DNA from: Novakomyces olei
Lineage: Eukaryota
Direction: 5' to 3'
Length of the DNA stretch: 64,000 nucleotides
Assembly (NCBI GenBank): GCA_016906335.1
Contig: JADEYG010000003.1
Span: forward strand, 1,116,001 to 1,180,000
The notes under the pieces are model-generated. The model did not search any database. It saw nothing but the letters and a program-made list of their open reading frames with translations, and was not told the origin of the DNA. Of this stretch, positions 63,480 to 64,000 are shown one piece after another (position 1 is the first letter of the stretch; each line of letters starts with the position of its first letter). The translations under genes and the position numbers were made by a program.

Positions 63480-64000
63480 GCTTGTGACGCTGACGCTGTA
63501 CGCGAACTAACGAGCTTTTGCTTTGTTTTGCTTTGTTCTATTTAATTTAATTTAATTTCTTTCCTCCCGCTCGATCGCAAATGCCGCGTAAGTTGCAAAT
63601 GATATATTAGTCAGTAATAGCAGACGAGTAATAAGCGTGAATAGAAATAAAAGGTATAAGAATAGTGTCTGACTCTGGTTTTAAAAAAATCAAAACAATA
63701 ATTCAAACAATAATTCAAGCAGTAATAAACAATAATTAAAACAATAATAGAAAAATAAATAAACAATAATAAAAAATAGATAAAACAATGGTAATATACA
63801 GCTGAATAATGCGTGTAGTATAGCAATTTTATTTGTTTAAATGTCTCTGTGCGCGGTTTGGATTATACTGAATTTTTAACTCATTCAGAGACTAAATACT
63901 AAATAATTTATAGAGGCAATCTTTCTCTGCACCTTCGTGACCTAATGCGTTAATATAGCAAGGCTTTGTCCAGGCGAGGCAAGTCGTTAGTTTAGCGGCG

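Overview
Eukaryotic (fungal, ascomycete) chromosomal DNA. It is gene-dense, uses the standard genetic code, and has short AT-rich spliceosomal introns. A fission-yeast-type Homol E box at RPL26, very short introns and many AAG acceptors suggest an early-diverging ascomycete, possibly Taphrinomycotina (inference). I reconstructed about 22 genes by hand: p23/Sba1, an Scc3/STAG cohesin subunit, Yra1, a DUF4045-gelsolin/villin-like protein, Mhf1/CENP-S, App1, Tma46, a large C2H2 protein, Rpl26, aldehyde dehydrogenase, Kcs1, an orphan, Mak5, a Dpp1-type PAP2, Erg8, pseudouridine glycosidase-kinase, Tbf1, Pet191, Prp24/SART3, an MFS transporter, an atypical transketolase and Sit4/PP6. The three most notable observations are: (1) the last SIT4 intron has AT-AC ends with major (U2)-type signals; (2) the 1022-nt YRA1 intron has nested long-range base pairing, with one 5' element that has two mutually exclusive partners; (3) an MFS transporter and a non-canonical transketolase are divergently paired and may form a sugar-catabolism unit. 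No rRNA, tRNA, CRISPR or transposon could be supported. Exon coordinates are manual and unverified by transcripts.
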